Numbered from the stretch's first letter, positions 37,011-47,260 are shown. The stretch is 64,000 nucleotides of DNA from Planctomycetota bacterium (GCA_041320515.1 JBGLNR010000001.1:578405-642404); one strand, 5' to 3'. Made by a program: numbers and translations. Notes: a model not told the origin generated them from the sequence alone.

Positions 37011-40000
37011 TCACCGCGGGCGCGGGGCGGTCTGGATCATGGAGACGAGCTGCTGCTTGATGTGCACGGCGACATCCAGGATGTCGCCGCCGGCGAAGCT
37101 CTGGAGCTTTTCCGAGGCCGCGTGGGGGTCGGTGGCGCCTTCCTTGACGATGGTGAGGACTTTCTCGAAGTACGCCTTGTCGGCGCTGCCGTCCGGCAGG
37201 TTGTCCACGATCTTGGTCTCCAGCTCCTTCTTGGTCGAGCGGAAGGCCTCCGCCTGCCCCTCGCGGGTGCCCTTGGAGAGGGCGTGGCGGACCTTGTTGA
37301 CGTTCACCTGGCCCGTGTGGTGGGCCAGTTGGGGGTTGAGCTGCGACATCGGGTCAATGCCCTGGGCGCGCAGGTCGTTGAGCTTCAGCACCACTTTGTC
37401 CAGGTATGCCTCTTCGTCCACGCTCGTGGTGCCGCGCCAGTCGGCTGCCTTCGCGGCGCGGCCGCCCGCCTTCTCGCTGAACGCCTTGCCGAGGCACTTG
37501 TTGAGGTCCTTCTGGAACTCCTGGATGTTCATCTCCGTGCCGCCCTTCTTGGGCGTCCAGCCTTCCTCCTTGACGCCGATGTCCTTGTCGAAGCCCACCT
37601 TCTTCTTGTTGGCGGAGTGGCGGAACTGCATGAGTTCGAAGTCGTTCCAGCCCATCTCCTTCATCAACTGCTTGGTGCGCGACACAACGGGCTTCTCGAG
37701 GAAGACCTCCAGGTTCTTGCTGTAGGACTGCTTGGCGGCCCCTGTGACTTTCGGCGACTGGAAGGCCATCTTGGCGGGGTAGCTGGTCTCAACCTGTGAC
37801 ATGGCCTCGACGAGGGCGCGGCCCTCGCGGGTCTTGGCCAGGGCCTCGGAGTTGGCGGCCAGGTACTTCTCCATCGTCTGGTTCGGCGGCTTCTTCTGGG
37901 AGGCCATTTCGATGAAGGCGTTGTTGGCCTGCTGGTAGTTGCGGACCAGGTTCTCGCCGTGCTGCTGGTCCTGCTTGAAGTTGGCGTCCTTGACGAACTC
38001 GCTCCAGGCCTTGACCTTGCCCGGCCCCGTGGAGGGCGCGACGGCCCGGTTCAGACGCGCCTGCGTCAGCCTGTTGGCGGACAGCTCGCAGCCCTTGCGC
38101 ATCATGAGTTGAAGCATGGCATGCTTGGCCGCGCCCGTGAGGCTGCCGCCCGGCTCCGAGCGGTAGCCGTCCATCGCCGAGATCGCGACGTCCACGGCGG
38201 CGTATTTGAAGCGCAGCCCGGTCGTGATGGCGCCCTTCATGCCGCCCTCGACGTAGCCGGTCCCGCAGCCGTAGCCGAAGGAGATCAGGCCGGGGGCATG
38301 GACCCACGCGGGATAGTTCAGCACCGCACCCGCCGTGGCGTAGGGGGCGACGACCATCATGGCCATGTCGCACCCGAACTTGATCTCCTCCAGCGTCGTG
38401 ATCGTGTCCATCGCCTCGGCCTCGCGCTGGAACGTCTGGCCCTGCACCTTGGCGAGCATGGCGCTGGTCATCTGCTTCAGCTTCTTGGTGTCGCGCCCCA
38501 TGATCGCCTTGGCGTCGAGCTTCTCGCTGGCCCACTCGCGGTAGGTCTTCGCATCCGCGTCGTCGAGCATAGCGATGAGGTTGTGGAGGTTGCTCACGCC
38601 GCGGTCGAAGGACTTCTGGAGCTGGGCCACGCGCCGGGCGTTGTCGGCGATGATCTTCGCCTTCACCACGTCCCGGTGGCAGTCCTCGATGACTTGCTGG
38701 AACTGCACCTCCTCGGCTATCGAGCGGCGGTGGACGAGCGTGCCTGTCTCGAGCGAGGCGATCATGTCCTCGGCCCGGCTGATCTCAGTCAGGTTGTCAA
38801 TGATGCGGTTCCGCAGCTCCTTGGCCCTCGTCTCATCCCGCTCGGTCCCCAACTGGGCTCGAATGCGCTCGATGGTCTCCCGCATGAACTTGATGTCCTT
38901 GCGGAGCTGGTCGGTGCGGGCGGACTTCGGGTCGTCGGGGATCGTTGCCACTGGCTCCGCGTCCTCGTCCTTGAGGGCGATGGGCTGCTTCTGCCCGCTG
39001 GGGTCGAAGGCGTAGATGTAGCAGGTGTAGCCGTGCAGGTACGTCCCCCTTGCGAACACCACGACGGCCGCGATGGGGAAGTCTGCCCCGACGACTTTCA
39101 TTGCGTGCCCCGTGTGCGTCTCCCGGATGGGGAGTGCCTTCTTCTCCTCGGCGGTATCCACGATTACCGTCTCATCTGGCCGGCCCCTCATCGGCTCGTA
39201 GTCCCCGACGAGTTCGGAGCAGGGGCGCATCGCCCCCCGGCTCTCGATCACGGCCAGGCCGAGATCCGCGAATTTACACTTGCCCATCTTTTCCACAATA
39301 GCCAGTTCGTCGGGTCGGTAGAAGTAGATGCGGTACCTCATCGGGTGCCACACGGCCAGCCAGTCCCCGTCCGGCTCGGTGATCTCGATGGCGGACTTCA
39401 CCTGCACGCGGTTGAGGGTCGCCGGGTCGAGGCGGCCGGGCGGCGGGGTCCACGAGCACTTGAGGACGCAGGAGGCGGTCACTTTCTCGGGGTTCTTCTC
39501 GTCGTCGTGCTTCTCGAAGCGCTCGGTCATGACGGTGCCGCCCGCGCGCACGCTTGCGTGCGGTTCGACGAAGGTGCGGGAGCCAACCATCACGTAGCTG
39601 CCCTGGTTCGCGGCGACGGGCACGACGGAGACGTAGGCCGCGGCCTCGCCGACAACGCGGTTGGTCTCCGTGTCGCGCACGCTGAGCTTCACCTGGTACT
39701 TGCCGAGGTTGGGGTACTTGTGGGCAACGGTGTCGGTCGCGGTCCTCGCCTCACCGGCCCGGTCGCCGTAGCTCCACTCGTAGCTGGGCTTCTTCGGCGC
39801 GTCCTTCACGACGGGCATGAAGCGGCACACCCCGCCCGGCAGCACCTCCTGCCTGAGGGGCAGGATGCGCACGGTGGTGGCCCGCTTGAGGTAGGCAGCG
39901 AACACCTTCTGGCGCTTGTGGCGCGCGGCATAGGGGTTGGGCGGATCGCCCAGCTCCTCGATCTCCCTGCCGAGTTCCTCGAGGCGCTTGCGGAGCGAGG

Positions 40001-41432
40001 CCGCGGTGTCGCGGTGCGCCGCTGCCTCGGCCAGGGCGTCGGCCATCGAATCGAGGTCCTCGTAGCCCGCGGCCACGCCCGCCTCCTCCCCCGCCTCATC
40101 AAACTTGCCGAGGACGATCACCAGGGCGCCGCGGAGCTTCAGGAACTCCAGGAGGAGCGGATTCAGCTTGTTGAAGTACTCCACGGCCTCGACCGAGGGG
40201 AACTCCAGGATGGGCGCCCACTTGGCGTAGAGGCGCTGCACGTCCTCTTCCTCCATCTCCCCGTGGACGAGGCGCATGCAGGCAATCGCGGTGGTGACGC
40301 CGCGGTGGAACGCGCTGTAGTCGAGCTTCGTGACGTCGAACTGCGTGGCCAGGGCGGCCATCTGGGCCTCGTTCACGTTGTCCGGCAGCGGGGTGTCGCC
40401 CTTGCGCCACGGGGTGTCGGCCACGTTCCACGTCGCCACGTTGTTCGGGTCGCTGGGGAGGAACTCGACGGGCTTCGGCGGCTTGCGCGGCGGCGGGGGC
40501 GGCTCCGGTGGCTCGGGGCGGACGGGAGGCTGCACGGTGCGAGGCGGCGGCTCCGGCTCGACTGGCTCAACTGGGGCCGGGCGCGGTGTGACGGGTCTGG
40601 CCGGCGGCGGGCTCACCACGGCCGGCACCTCCTTGACGGGAGGCGGCGCGACGGCCACGCGGCCCTCCTTCGCCAGCTTCTCAGTGAGGCCCTGCGCGCG
40701 GGCCAGCGCCGCGGCGTTTGTGGGATCGAGTTCCAGCGCGCGCTGGAGGTCCTGCCAGGCGCCCGGCAGGTCGCCGGCCTGCTCGCGCACGAGGCTGCGC
40801 GCGTACCAGGCGCGGTGGTACTTCGGGTCGAGCCCGATGGCGCGGCTGGCGTCCGCCATGGCCCCTGCCAGGTTCCCCGTCATCCGCTTGATGTCGGCCC
40901 GAAGCACGTGGTTCGCCGGCGCCCCGGGGTCCAGCTCCAGAAGCGTGTTGGCATCCGCCAGGGCGCCTTCGCGCTCCCCGTTCAGGATGCGCAGGTATGC
41001 CCTGTTGTAGTAGGTCTGGTGGAACGTCGGGGCGACCGCGATGGCCCGGTCATAGTCCACCATCGCCTTCGCCAGGTCCTTCATCCTCAGGTAGGTGACG
41101 CCGCGGCTGTTGAGGGCAGAGGGGCTCTGGGGGTCCAGCCGGAGGGCACGATTGAGGTCCGCCAACGCCCCCGCGTAGTCGGGGGGCGTCAGGCTGCGCT
41201 TGCACTGCCCCCGGCGAACGCAGGTCTCCACGTCCCCGGAGTCGAGCCGGAGCGCGGCGTCGAAGAACGCGATGGCCCCCTTGAAGTCGCCCTTCTCCTG
41301 GAGCCGCTGCCCCGAGAGGAAGTGGGCGGCTGCCTGCTCCCGCGCCGACGGTGCGCCGCCCAGCGCCCCGGCGGCACACGCACACACGCAGCACGACGCG
41401 AACGCGACACAGCTTACGCGACGCTTGGCCAT
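37011..41432 (-). CDS. giant secreted protein (~1470 aa): signal peptide, TPR repeats, Pro-rich linker, PKD domain and ~900-aa C-terminal region of unknown function
   Basis: The start is at the second ATG (AGGAGG 6 nt upstream), giving MAKRRVSCVAFASCCVCACAAG. TPR consensus repeats follow. The PKD signature is '…WSYGDRAGEARTATDTVAHKYPNLGKYQVKLSVRDTETNRVVGEAAAYVSV'. The C-terminal region shares >60% identity with the upstream paralog. Confidence 0.85.
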   Translation of the reverse strand: MAKRRVSCVAFASCCVCACAAGALGGAPSAREQAAAHFLSGQRLQEKGDFKGAIAFFDAALRLDSGDVETCVRRGQCKRSLTPPDYAGALADLNRALRLDPQSPSALNSRGVTYLRMKDLAKAMVDYDRAIAVAPTFHQTYYNRAYLRILNGEREGALADANTLLELDPGAPANHVLRADIKRMTGNLAGAMADASRAIGLDPKYHRAWYARSLVREQAGDLPGAWQDLQRALELDPTNAAALARAQGLTEKLAKEGRVAVAPPPVKEVPAVVSPPPARPVTPRPAPVEPVEPEPPPRTVQPPVRPEPPEPPPPPRKPPKPVEFLPSDPNNVATWNVADTPWRKGDTPLPDNVNEAQMAALATQFDVTKLDYSAFHRGVTTAIACMRLVHGEMEEEDVQRLYAKWAPILEFPSVEAVEYFNKLNPLLLEFLKLRGALVIVLGKFDEAGEEAGVAAGYEDLDSMADALAEAAAHRDTAASLRKRLEELGREIEELGDPPNPYAARHKRQKVFAAYLKRATTVRILPLRQEVLPGGVCRFMPVVKDAPKKPSYEWSYGDRAGEARTATDTVAHKYPNLGKYQVKLSVRDTETNRVVGEAAAYVSVVPVAANQGSYVMVGSRTFVEPHASVRAGGTVMTERFEKHDDEKNPEKVTASCVLKCSWTPPPGRLDPATLNRVQVKSAIEITEPDGDWLAVWHPMRYRIYFYRPDELAIVEKMGKCKFADLGLAVIESRGAMRPCSELVGDYEPMRGRPDETVIVDTAEEKKALPIRETHTGHAMKVVGADFPIAAVVVFARGTYLHGYTCYIYAFDPSGQKQPIALKDEDAEPVATIPDDPKSARTDQLRKDIKFMRETIERIRAQLGTERDETRAKELRNRIIDNLTEISRAEDMIASLETGTLVHRRSIAEEVQFQQVIEDCHRDVVKAKIIADNARRVAQLQKSFDRGVSNLHNLIAMLDDADAKTYREWASEKLDAKAIMGRDTKKLKQMTSAMLAKVQGQTFQREAEAMDTITTLEEIKFGCDMAMMVVAPYATAGAVLNYPAWVHAPGLISFGYGCGTGYVEGGMKGAITTGLRFKYAAVDVAISAMDGYRSEPGGSLTGAAKHAMLQLMMRKGCELSANRLTQARLNRAVAPSTGPGKVKAWSEFVKDANFKQDQQHGENLVRNYQQANNAFIEMASQKKPPNQTMEKYLAANSEALAKTREGRALVEAMSQVETSYPAKMAFQSPKVTGAAKQSYSKNLEVFLEKPVVSRTKQLMKEMGWNDFELMQFRHSANKKKVGFDKDIGVKEEGWTPKKGGTEMNIQEFQKDLNKCLGKAFSEKAGGRAAKAADWRGTTSVDEEAYLDKVVLKLNDLRAQGIDPMSQLNPQLAHHTGQVNVNKVRHALSKGTREGQAEAFRSTKKELETKIVDNLPDGSADKAYFEKVLTIVKEGATDPHAASEKLQSFAGGDILDVAVHIKQQLVSMIQTAPRPR

Positions 41433-41512
41433 CTCGACCTCCTGACCGGCTGGGTGACGGGTCACCCGCCCTCATCCCGTCCTCTTCTGGGCACGCGGGA
41501 CCGCGCCGCGGG

Positions 41513-44500
41513 TCAGCGGGGGGCGGTCTTGATCATGTGGATGAGCTGCTGCTTCACCTGCAAGGCCAAATCGTGGATGTCGCCGCCGGTGAAGCTCTGG
41601 AGCTTTTGCATGGCCGCGTGCGGGTCGGTGGCGCCTTCCTCGACGATGGCAAGGGCTTTCTCGAAGTACGCCTTCTCGGGGCTGCCGTCGGGCAGGTCAT
41701 CAATGATCTTGGTCTCAATCTCCTTCTTGGTCGAGCGGAAGGCTTCCGCCTGGCCCTCGCGGGTGCCCTTGGCCAAGGCGTTCCGGACCTTGTTGACGTT
41801 CACCTGGCCCGTGTGGTCTGCCAGCCCGGGTTCGAGTTCCGACATCGGGTTCACGCCCTTCGCGCGCAGCTCGTTGAGCTTCAGCACCGTCTTGTCGAGG
41901 TACGCCTCTTCGTCCGCGAGCGTGGTGCCGCGCCAGTCGGCCGCCTTCGCCGTGCGGTTGCCGGCCTTCTCGCGGAACGCCTGGCCGAGGCACTTGTTGA
42001 GGTCCTTCTGGAAGTCCGCGGTCTCCATGATGGTGCCGTCTTTTCTGGGCAACCAGCCCTCCCCTTCCCCTGCCACGCCCAGGTCCTTGTCGAAGCCCAC
42101 CTTCTTCTGGTTGGCGGAGTGGCGGAACTGCTTGAGTTCGAACTCGTTCCAGCCCATCTTCGCCATCAACTCCTTGGTGCGCGCGATGACAGGCTTCTCG
42201 AGGAATGTCCCCAGGTTCTTGTTGTAGGAGTGCTTGACGGCTCCGGGGACGGACTGGGACTGGAAGCCCATCTTGGCCGTGTAGCTGGTCTCGACCTGTG
42301 CCATGGCGTCGGTGAGGGCGCGGCCCTCGGGGGTCTTGGCCAGGGCCTCGGCGTTGGCGGCGGTGTACTGGTCCATCGTCTGGCCCACCGGCTTTTTCTG
42401 CGAGGCCATCTCGATGAAGGCATTGTTGGCCTGCTGGTAGTTGCGGATGAGGTTCTCGCCGTGCTGCTGGTCCTGTTTGAAATTGGCGTCCTTCACGAAC
42501 TCGTTCCAGGCCTTGATCTTGCCCGGCCTCGCCGCGGCCGCGGAGGCGGCCGCCAGCCGCCCCTGGACGATGCGTTTCGCGGACAGCTCGCAGCTCTTGC
42601 GGAGCAGGAGCGTGAGGGCCGCGTGCTTGGCCGCGCCGGTGAAGCCGCCGCCCTCCTCCTGTTGGAACCCGTCCATCGCGGCCAGCGCCACGTCCACGGC
42701 GGCGAACTTGAAGCGCAGCCCAGTGAGCACGGCGCCCTTCACGCCGCCCTCGACGTAGCCCGTCCCAACGCCATAGACGGTGGCGGTGACGGTGGGGCCA
42801 TAGAGTTGGTAGGCCGTTGGCGCTTGGGCCAGGACGCCCTGCGCGGCTGCGAACGGGGCAACGGCCATGAGGGCGAGGCCGCACCCGAAGTTGACCTCCT
42901 CCAAGGTGTTGATCGTCCCCATGGCCTCGGCCTCTGCGCGGAAGGACTGTCCCTGCACCTTGCCGAGAATGGCGTTAGTCATCCGTTGCAGCTTCTTGGG
43001 GTCGCGCTCCATGATGGCCTTGGCGTCGAGCTTCTGGCCGGCCCACTCGCGGTAGGTCTTCGCGTCCTCCGGGTCGAGCAGGGCGATGAGGTTGTGCAGG
43101 TTGCCGACGCCGCGGTCGAAGGACTTCTGGAGCTGGGCCACGCGCCGGGCGTTGTCGGCGATTACCTTCGCGCGCAGCACGTCCTCGTGGCAGTCCTGGA
43201 TGACCTGCTGGAACTGCACGTCCTCGGCCACCGAGCGGCGGTGCACGATGGTGCCGGTCTCGATCGAGGCGATCGTGTCCTCGGCCCGGCTGATCTCGGT
43301 CAGGGCGTCAATGACCCGGTTGTTCAGCTCCTTGGCCCGCGTCGGGTCCTGCTCCGCCTTCGCCTCGGTCTGCCAGCGCTCCAGGCTGCCCTGGATGAAC
43401 TCGATGTTCTTGCGAAGCGCCTCGATGTCGGCGGTCCGCGGGTCGTCGGGGGCACCAAGGGCGATGGGCTCCTTCTGCCCGCTCGGGTCGAAGACGTAGA
43501 CGTAGGAGGCATGGCCATGTACGTACTCGCTCCCCACAAACACCTGCACGAGGGCGATCGGGAACTGGGCTGGCGCAGCCGACGTGTGCATCCATGTGAG
43601 TGTCTGCACCACGGGGAGGCCCCTCTCTTGTGCGCTCCTCGGGGGCCAGCAGCGGAAGGTGGTCTTTTCCAGCTCCGGGTCGTCTCCCTTCATGCGCCAC
43701 TTATTGTCGCCCTCCGCCCGACGCCATGCTGACGACGCGCCATCAATGTCGAACTCCCTCTCACCCTTTGCGAACTTCTCCACCAGGGCAGCCTTGTCCT
43801 GCTCGAAGAAGTACACAGAGCAGTGCATCGGGGCCCACGAAAACACATACCCACGCTTGGGCGCCTCCCCTCCCGATTCGATGACCTGGATGCTGGTCTT
43901 CACGTGCAGTGTTTTGCTGGCCTGGGGGTCGAAGCGCCCGGGCGGGCCGAGCCAGGAGAACTTAGCGACGGCGTAGCTGCTGCGCTTGTCAGGAGGATCT
44001 TTCTCGGACCGAACCTCGAGGCGCTGGGTCACAAAGTTGGCTCCAACGTCGATGCGTACGTCAGGAAAGTCGCCGGAGCCACGGTTGTGGAATGGGTTCG
44101 ACGAGACCAACACGTAGCTGCCGGTGCTCGTGGGTTTGGGGACCGTGGCCACCGGCACCGTGGGCACCGGCGCCGTGGCCACCGGCACCACGGAGACGGC
44201 GGCCGCGGCCGCGGCCTCGCCGACGACGCGGCCGGTCGCCGTGTCCCGCACGGTGAGCTTCACCTGGTACTTGCCGGGCTTGGGATAGGTGTGGGCGACG
44301 GTGTTCGGCGCGGTCTTCGCCGCCGTGCCCTGGTCGCCGAAGCTCCACTCGAAGCTGGCCTTCGGCGGCGCGCCCTTCACGACGGGCTGGAACTTGCACG
44401 CGGCGCCCGGGAGCACCTGCTGGTTGGGGGGCAGGATGCGGACGGCGGTGGCCCGCTTGAGGTAGGCTTCGAAGACCTTTCGGCGCCGGTGCCGCGCGGC

Positions 44501-46339
44501 GTAGGGGTTGGGCGGGTCGCCCAGGGCCTCGATGTCCTTGCCAATCCTCTCGAGCCGCTCGCGGAGGGAGACGGCGGTGTCCTTGTGCGCCGCGGCCTCG
44601 GCCAGGGCGTCGGACATCGCATCCAGGTTCTCGTAGCCGGCGGCGAGGCCCGCCTCCTGCCAGGCGCGGTCGAACTCGCCAAGGACGATCATCAGGGCGC
44701 CCCGCGCCTTGAGGAACTCCAGCAGGAGCGGGTTGAGCTTGTTGAAGTAGTCCACGCCCTCGGGCGAGGGGAACTCCTGGATCGGCGCCCACTTGGCGTG
44801 GAAGCGCTGCACGTCCTCCTCTTCCATGTCGCCGTGGACGAGTCGCATGCAGGCTATCGCGGTGGAGACGGCGCGGTAGTACTCATTGTAGTCGAGCTTC
44901 GTGACGTCGAACTGCTCGGCGAGGGTCTTCAACTGGGCGTCGGACAGATCGTCGGGCAGCGGCTTGTCGCCCTTGCGCCACGGGGTGTCGGGCAGGTTCC
45001 AGGTCGCCACGTTGTTCGGGTCGCTGGGCAGGAACTTAACGGGCTTGGGCGGCGTCCGCGGCGGCGGGGGCGGCAGCGGGGATGTGGGGCCGTCTGGGGG
45101 CACCACCACGGGGGTGGTGGGCTCGATGGGCATCGGGCGCGGCGTGTCGGGCGTGACGGGTGGGGGCGCCACGACCACGGCCGGCGGCTCTTCCTTGGCC
45201 GGCGGCGGCGCGACGGCCACGCCCTCCCTCTTGAGCCTCGCGGCCAACTGGCGCCCGCGGGCCAGCGCCCTGTCGTCGGTGGGGGCAAGCTCCAGCGCGC
45301 GCTGGAGGTCCTGCCACGCGCCTGCCAGGTCGCCCGTGGCCTCGCGCACGAGGCTGCGGTTCTGGTAGGGCGTGGCGTACGAGGGAGCGATCTCGATGGC
45401 GCGGTTGCAGTCCGCCATCGCCCTGGCTAAGTCACCCATCGCCATGTAGGTGGTCGCGCGGCTATTGCACACCCGGGCGTCATTGGGGTTGAGCTTGAGC
45501 GCCGTGGTGAAGTCGGCGAGGGCGCCCGCGTTATCGGGCGGCGCCAGTCTGCCCTTGCACTGCCCGCGTTGCACGTAGCCATCCACGTTGCCAGGGTCGA
45601 GCCGTATCGCGGCGTCGAAGAACGCGATGGCCCCCCTGTAGTCCCCCTTCCCCTTCAGTTGGCACCCTGAAGCGACGTGGGCGGCTGCCTGCTCGCGCGC
45701 GGCGGGGTCGGCCGGCGGCGCCGCGGGCGGCGGCCCCTGTTTGGCCGGCGGCGCGACGGCCACGCCCTCCTTCTTGAGCCTCACGGCCAGCTCGCGCGCG
45801 TACGTCAGCGTCCTTTCGTTCGTGGGGTCCAACTCCAGCGCGCGCTGGAGGTCCTGCCACGCCCCCGCCAGATCGCCGGCGCGCTCGCGCAGGAGGGCGC
45901 GGTTGTGGTAGGGCGTGACGTACGTGGGAGCGATCTCGATGGCCCGGTTGCAGTCCGCGATCGCCTTCGCGGAGTCCCCCACCGCCATGTAAGCGGTCGC
46001 GCGGCTGTTGTATGCCCAGGCGGACTTGGGGTCGAGCTGGACCGCCGTGGTGAAGTCGGCCACGGCGCCCGCGTGATCGGGCGGCGTCTGCCTGCCCTTG
46101 CACTGGCCACGATGGACATAGGCATTCACGTTGCCTGGGTCGAGCTGGATCGCGGCGGTGAAGTACGCAATGGCCCCCTTGAGGTCCCCCTTTCCTTGCA
46201 GTTGCTGCCCAGCAGCGACGTGGGCGGCTGCCTGCTCCCGCGCCGAGAGTTCGCCCCCCAGCGCGCCCGAAGCCCGGACGACCGCCCACACGCACCACGC
46301 CACGGCAGCGCCGCGGAACGCGGAGGACTTGCTTGCCAT
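41513..46339 (-). CDS. giant secreted paralog (~1610 aa) with an internally duplicated TPR block, Pro-rich linker, PKD domain and conserved C-terminal region
   Basis: The start is at MASKSSAF (GGGGAG/AAGAGG Shine-Dalgarno). Two nearly identical ~170-aa TPR blocks both begin 'AREQAAAHV…'. PKD signature 'FEWSFGDQGTAAKTAPNTVAHTYPKPGKYQVKLTVRDTATGRVVG'. The C-terminus is collinear with 37011..41432. Confidence 0.85.
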   Translation of the reverse strand: MASKSSAFRGAAVAWCVWAVVRASGALGGELSAREQAAAHVAAGQQLQGKGDLKGAIAYFTAAIQLDPGNVNAYVHRGQCKGRQTPPDHAGAVADFTTAVQLDPKSAWAYNSRATAYMAVGDSAKAIADCNRAIEIAPTYVTPYHNRALLRERAGDLAGAWQDLQRALELDPTNERTLTYARELAVRLKKEGVAVAPPAKQGPPPAAPPADPAAREQAAAHVASGCQLKGKGDYRGAIAFFDAAIRLDPGNVDGYVQRGQCKGRLAPPDNAGALADFTTALKLNPNDARVCNSRATTYMAMGDLARAMADCNRAIEIAPSYATPYQNRSLVREATGDLAGAWQDLQRALELAPTDDRALARGRQLAARLKREGVAVAPPPAKEEPPAVVVAPPPVTPDTPRPMPIEPTTPVVVPPDGPTSPLPPPPPRTPPKPVKFLPSDPNNVATWNLPDTPWRKGDKPLPDDLSDAQLKTLAEQFDVTKLDYNEYYRAVSTAIACMRLVHGDMEEEDVQRFHAKWAPIQEFPSPEGVDYFNKLNPLLLEFLKARGALMIVLGEFDRAWQEAGLAAGYENLDAMSDALAEAAAHKDTAVSLRERLERIGKDIEALGDPPNPYAARHRRRKVFEAYLKRATAVRILPPNQQVLPGAACKFQPVVKGAPPKASFEWSFGDQGTAAKTAPNTVAHTYPKPGKYQVKLTVRDTATGRVVGEAAAAAAVSVVPVATAPVPTVPVATVPKPTSTGSYVLVSSNPFHNRGSGDFPDVRIDVGANFVTQRLEVRSEKDPPDKRSSYAVAKFSWLGPPGRFDPQASKTLHVKTSIQVIESGGEAPKRGYVFSWAPMHCSVYFFEQDKAALVEKFAKGEREFDIDGASSAWRRAEGDNKWRMKGDDPELEKTTFRCWPPRSAQERGLPVVQTLTWMHTSAAPAQFPIALVQVFVGSEYVHGHASYVYVFDPSGQKEPIALGAPDDPRTADIEALRKNIEFIQGSLERWQTEAKAEQDPTRAKELNNRVIDALTEISRAEDTIASIETGTIVHRRSVAEDVQFQQVIQDCHEDVLRAKVIADNARRVAQLQKSFDRGVGNLHNLIALLDPEDAKTYREWAGQKLDAKAIMERDPKKLQRMTNAILGKVQGQSFRAEAEAMGTINTLEEVNFGCGLALMAVAPFAAAQGVLAQAPTAYQLYGPTVTATVYGVGTGYVEGGVKGAVLTGLRFKFAAVDVALAAMDGFQQEEGGGFTGAAKHAALTLLLRKSCELSAKRIVQGRLAAASAAAARPGKIKAWNEFVKDANFKQDQQHGENLIRNYQQANNAFIEMASQKKPVGQTMDQYTAANAEALAKTPEGRALTDAMAQVETSYTAKMGFQSQSVPGAVKHSYNKNLGTFLEKPVIARTKELMAKMGWNEFELKQFRHSANQKKVGFDKDLGVAGEGEGWLPRKDGTIMETADFQKDLNKCLGQAFREKAGNRTAKAADWRGTTLADEEAYLDKTVLKLNELRAKGVNPMSELEPGLADHTGQVNVNKVRNALAKGTREGQAEAFRSTKKEIETKIIDDLPDGSPEKAYFEKALAIVEEGATDPHAAMQKLQSFTGGDIHDLALQVKQQLIHMIKTAPR

Positions 46340-46984
46340 GTCACCTCTTCTCCCCTCCCAGACGCACACACCCACGACCCACAAGCAGAAGCAGACCGCC
46401 CTCCGCGATCCTAACACTTTCCTGTGCCGGTTGCCATCGGAAATGCACGGGAGCCAGGCGGGCGGTCACAGCAGGTTCCAGATCAGCTCCGCCAGTTTTT
46501 CGGGGTCGTGGCGCAGGAGGTCCTGCTTTTCCCACAGGATGCGCTTGTGGTCGAGGTTCTCGACGAGGTCGTCGAGGATGATCTGGACGCGGTGGGCGCC
46601 GAGCTGGTCGTCTATGCGGACGAGTTCGGCCGCCTCGCCGTGGTAGCGCGCGAGGATGGCCATCCTCGGCCTGCCCCCCACCATCTCCATCACCGACAAG
46701 AGCGGCGTGGCCGGCATCGCCGCCTGGCTCGGCCTCGAACTCCGCGAGCAAGGCGTCCAGATCGCCAAGGACCACCCTGGCGTCATCGCCATCAAGGACT
46801 CCGTAGACGCCCAATTCGCCTCCGGCCGCCTCACCGCCATGTCCCGCGAAGAACTCCTCCTCCTCGCCCGCAAACACTTGCCCGAACACTTCGGCCAGTG
46901 AGCGCGCGCAGTCAAAGAGGGCAGAGGGCAGACGGCAGAGGGCAGAGGGGGAGGTCGAAGGAAAGAGCCGGCCCGCGGAACACG

Positions 46985-47065
46985 CGAGATGCCGCGAAAC
47001 GGAAGCGGCGGTAGGGCGTGCAAACCTGCACGCGGAACGCGAGACCCGAAACGCGAAACCGATTC
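46985..47065. repeat. GC-rich dispersed repeat (…CGGTAGGGCGTGCAAACCTGCACGCGGAACGCGAGACCCGAAACGCGAAACC…), inverted relative to copies at 49500..49680
   Basis: Its reverse complement matches GTTTCGCG…TTCCGCGTGCAGGTTTGCACGCCCTACCG found twice at 49530-49680. Contains a CGTGCA-ggtt-TGCACG hairpin. Confidence 0.8.
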
Positions 47066-47122
47066 CTCACGCCGAGGCAGCGGAGCCAGCAGAGAAGTCG
47101 GGTTCAACCGCGGATTACGCGG

Positions 47123-47260
47123 ATGGCCGCGGACAGGAACCACGCCGGCACTGCCGAGGTATGGGTCGTCGACCCCGCCTGGCGCACCGTCAGCATCTAT
47201 CGCTCTGCGAACGACATGCACACCCTCACCGAAGGGGATGAACTCGTCCCTCCCCTACCT
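47123..47260 (+). pseudogene. C-terminal fragment of a Uma2-family (DUF820) endonuclease
   Basis: 'AEVWVVDPAWRTVSIYRSANDMHTLTEGDEL' is the characteristic Uma2 C-terminus. No N-terminal portion is present, and the upstream ORF sequence is not protein-like. Confidence 0.5.

Noticed and set aside
46340-46420. Sigma54-type (-24/-12) promoter upstream of giant gene 2 (TGGCAAccggcacagg)
   Set aside because: The GG…GC spacing does not fit the -24/-12 consensus.
46656-46901. 81-aa plus-strand ORF (MAILGLPPTISITDKSGVAGIAAWLGLELREQGVQIAKDHPGVIAIKD…)
   Set aside because: Protein-like and possibly a real small gene or fragment. It begins at a palindrome shared with an opposing ORF, has no Shine-Dalgarno and no recognisable family. 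Left uncalled with about 0.3 subjective probability.
46466-47221. 251-aa minus-strand ORF
   Set aside because: Only the C-terminal ~65 aa (MAILARYHGEAAELVRIDDQLGAHRVQIILDDLVENLDHKRILWEK…) look protein-like. The rest is GC-rich junk spanning dispersed repeats. It may be a remnant, but is not called.
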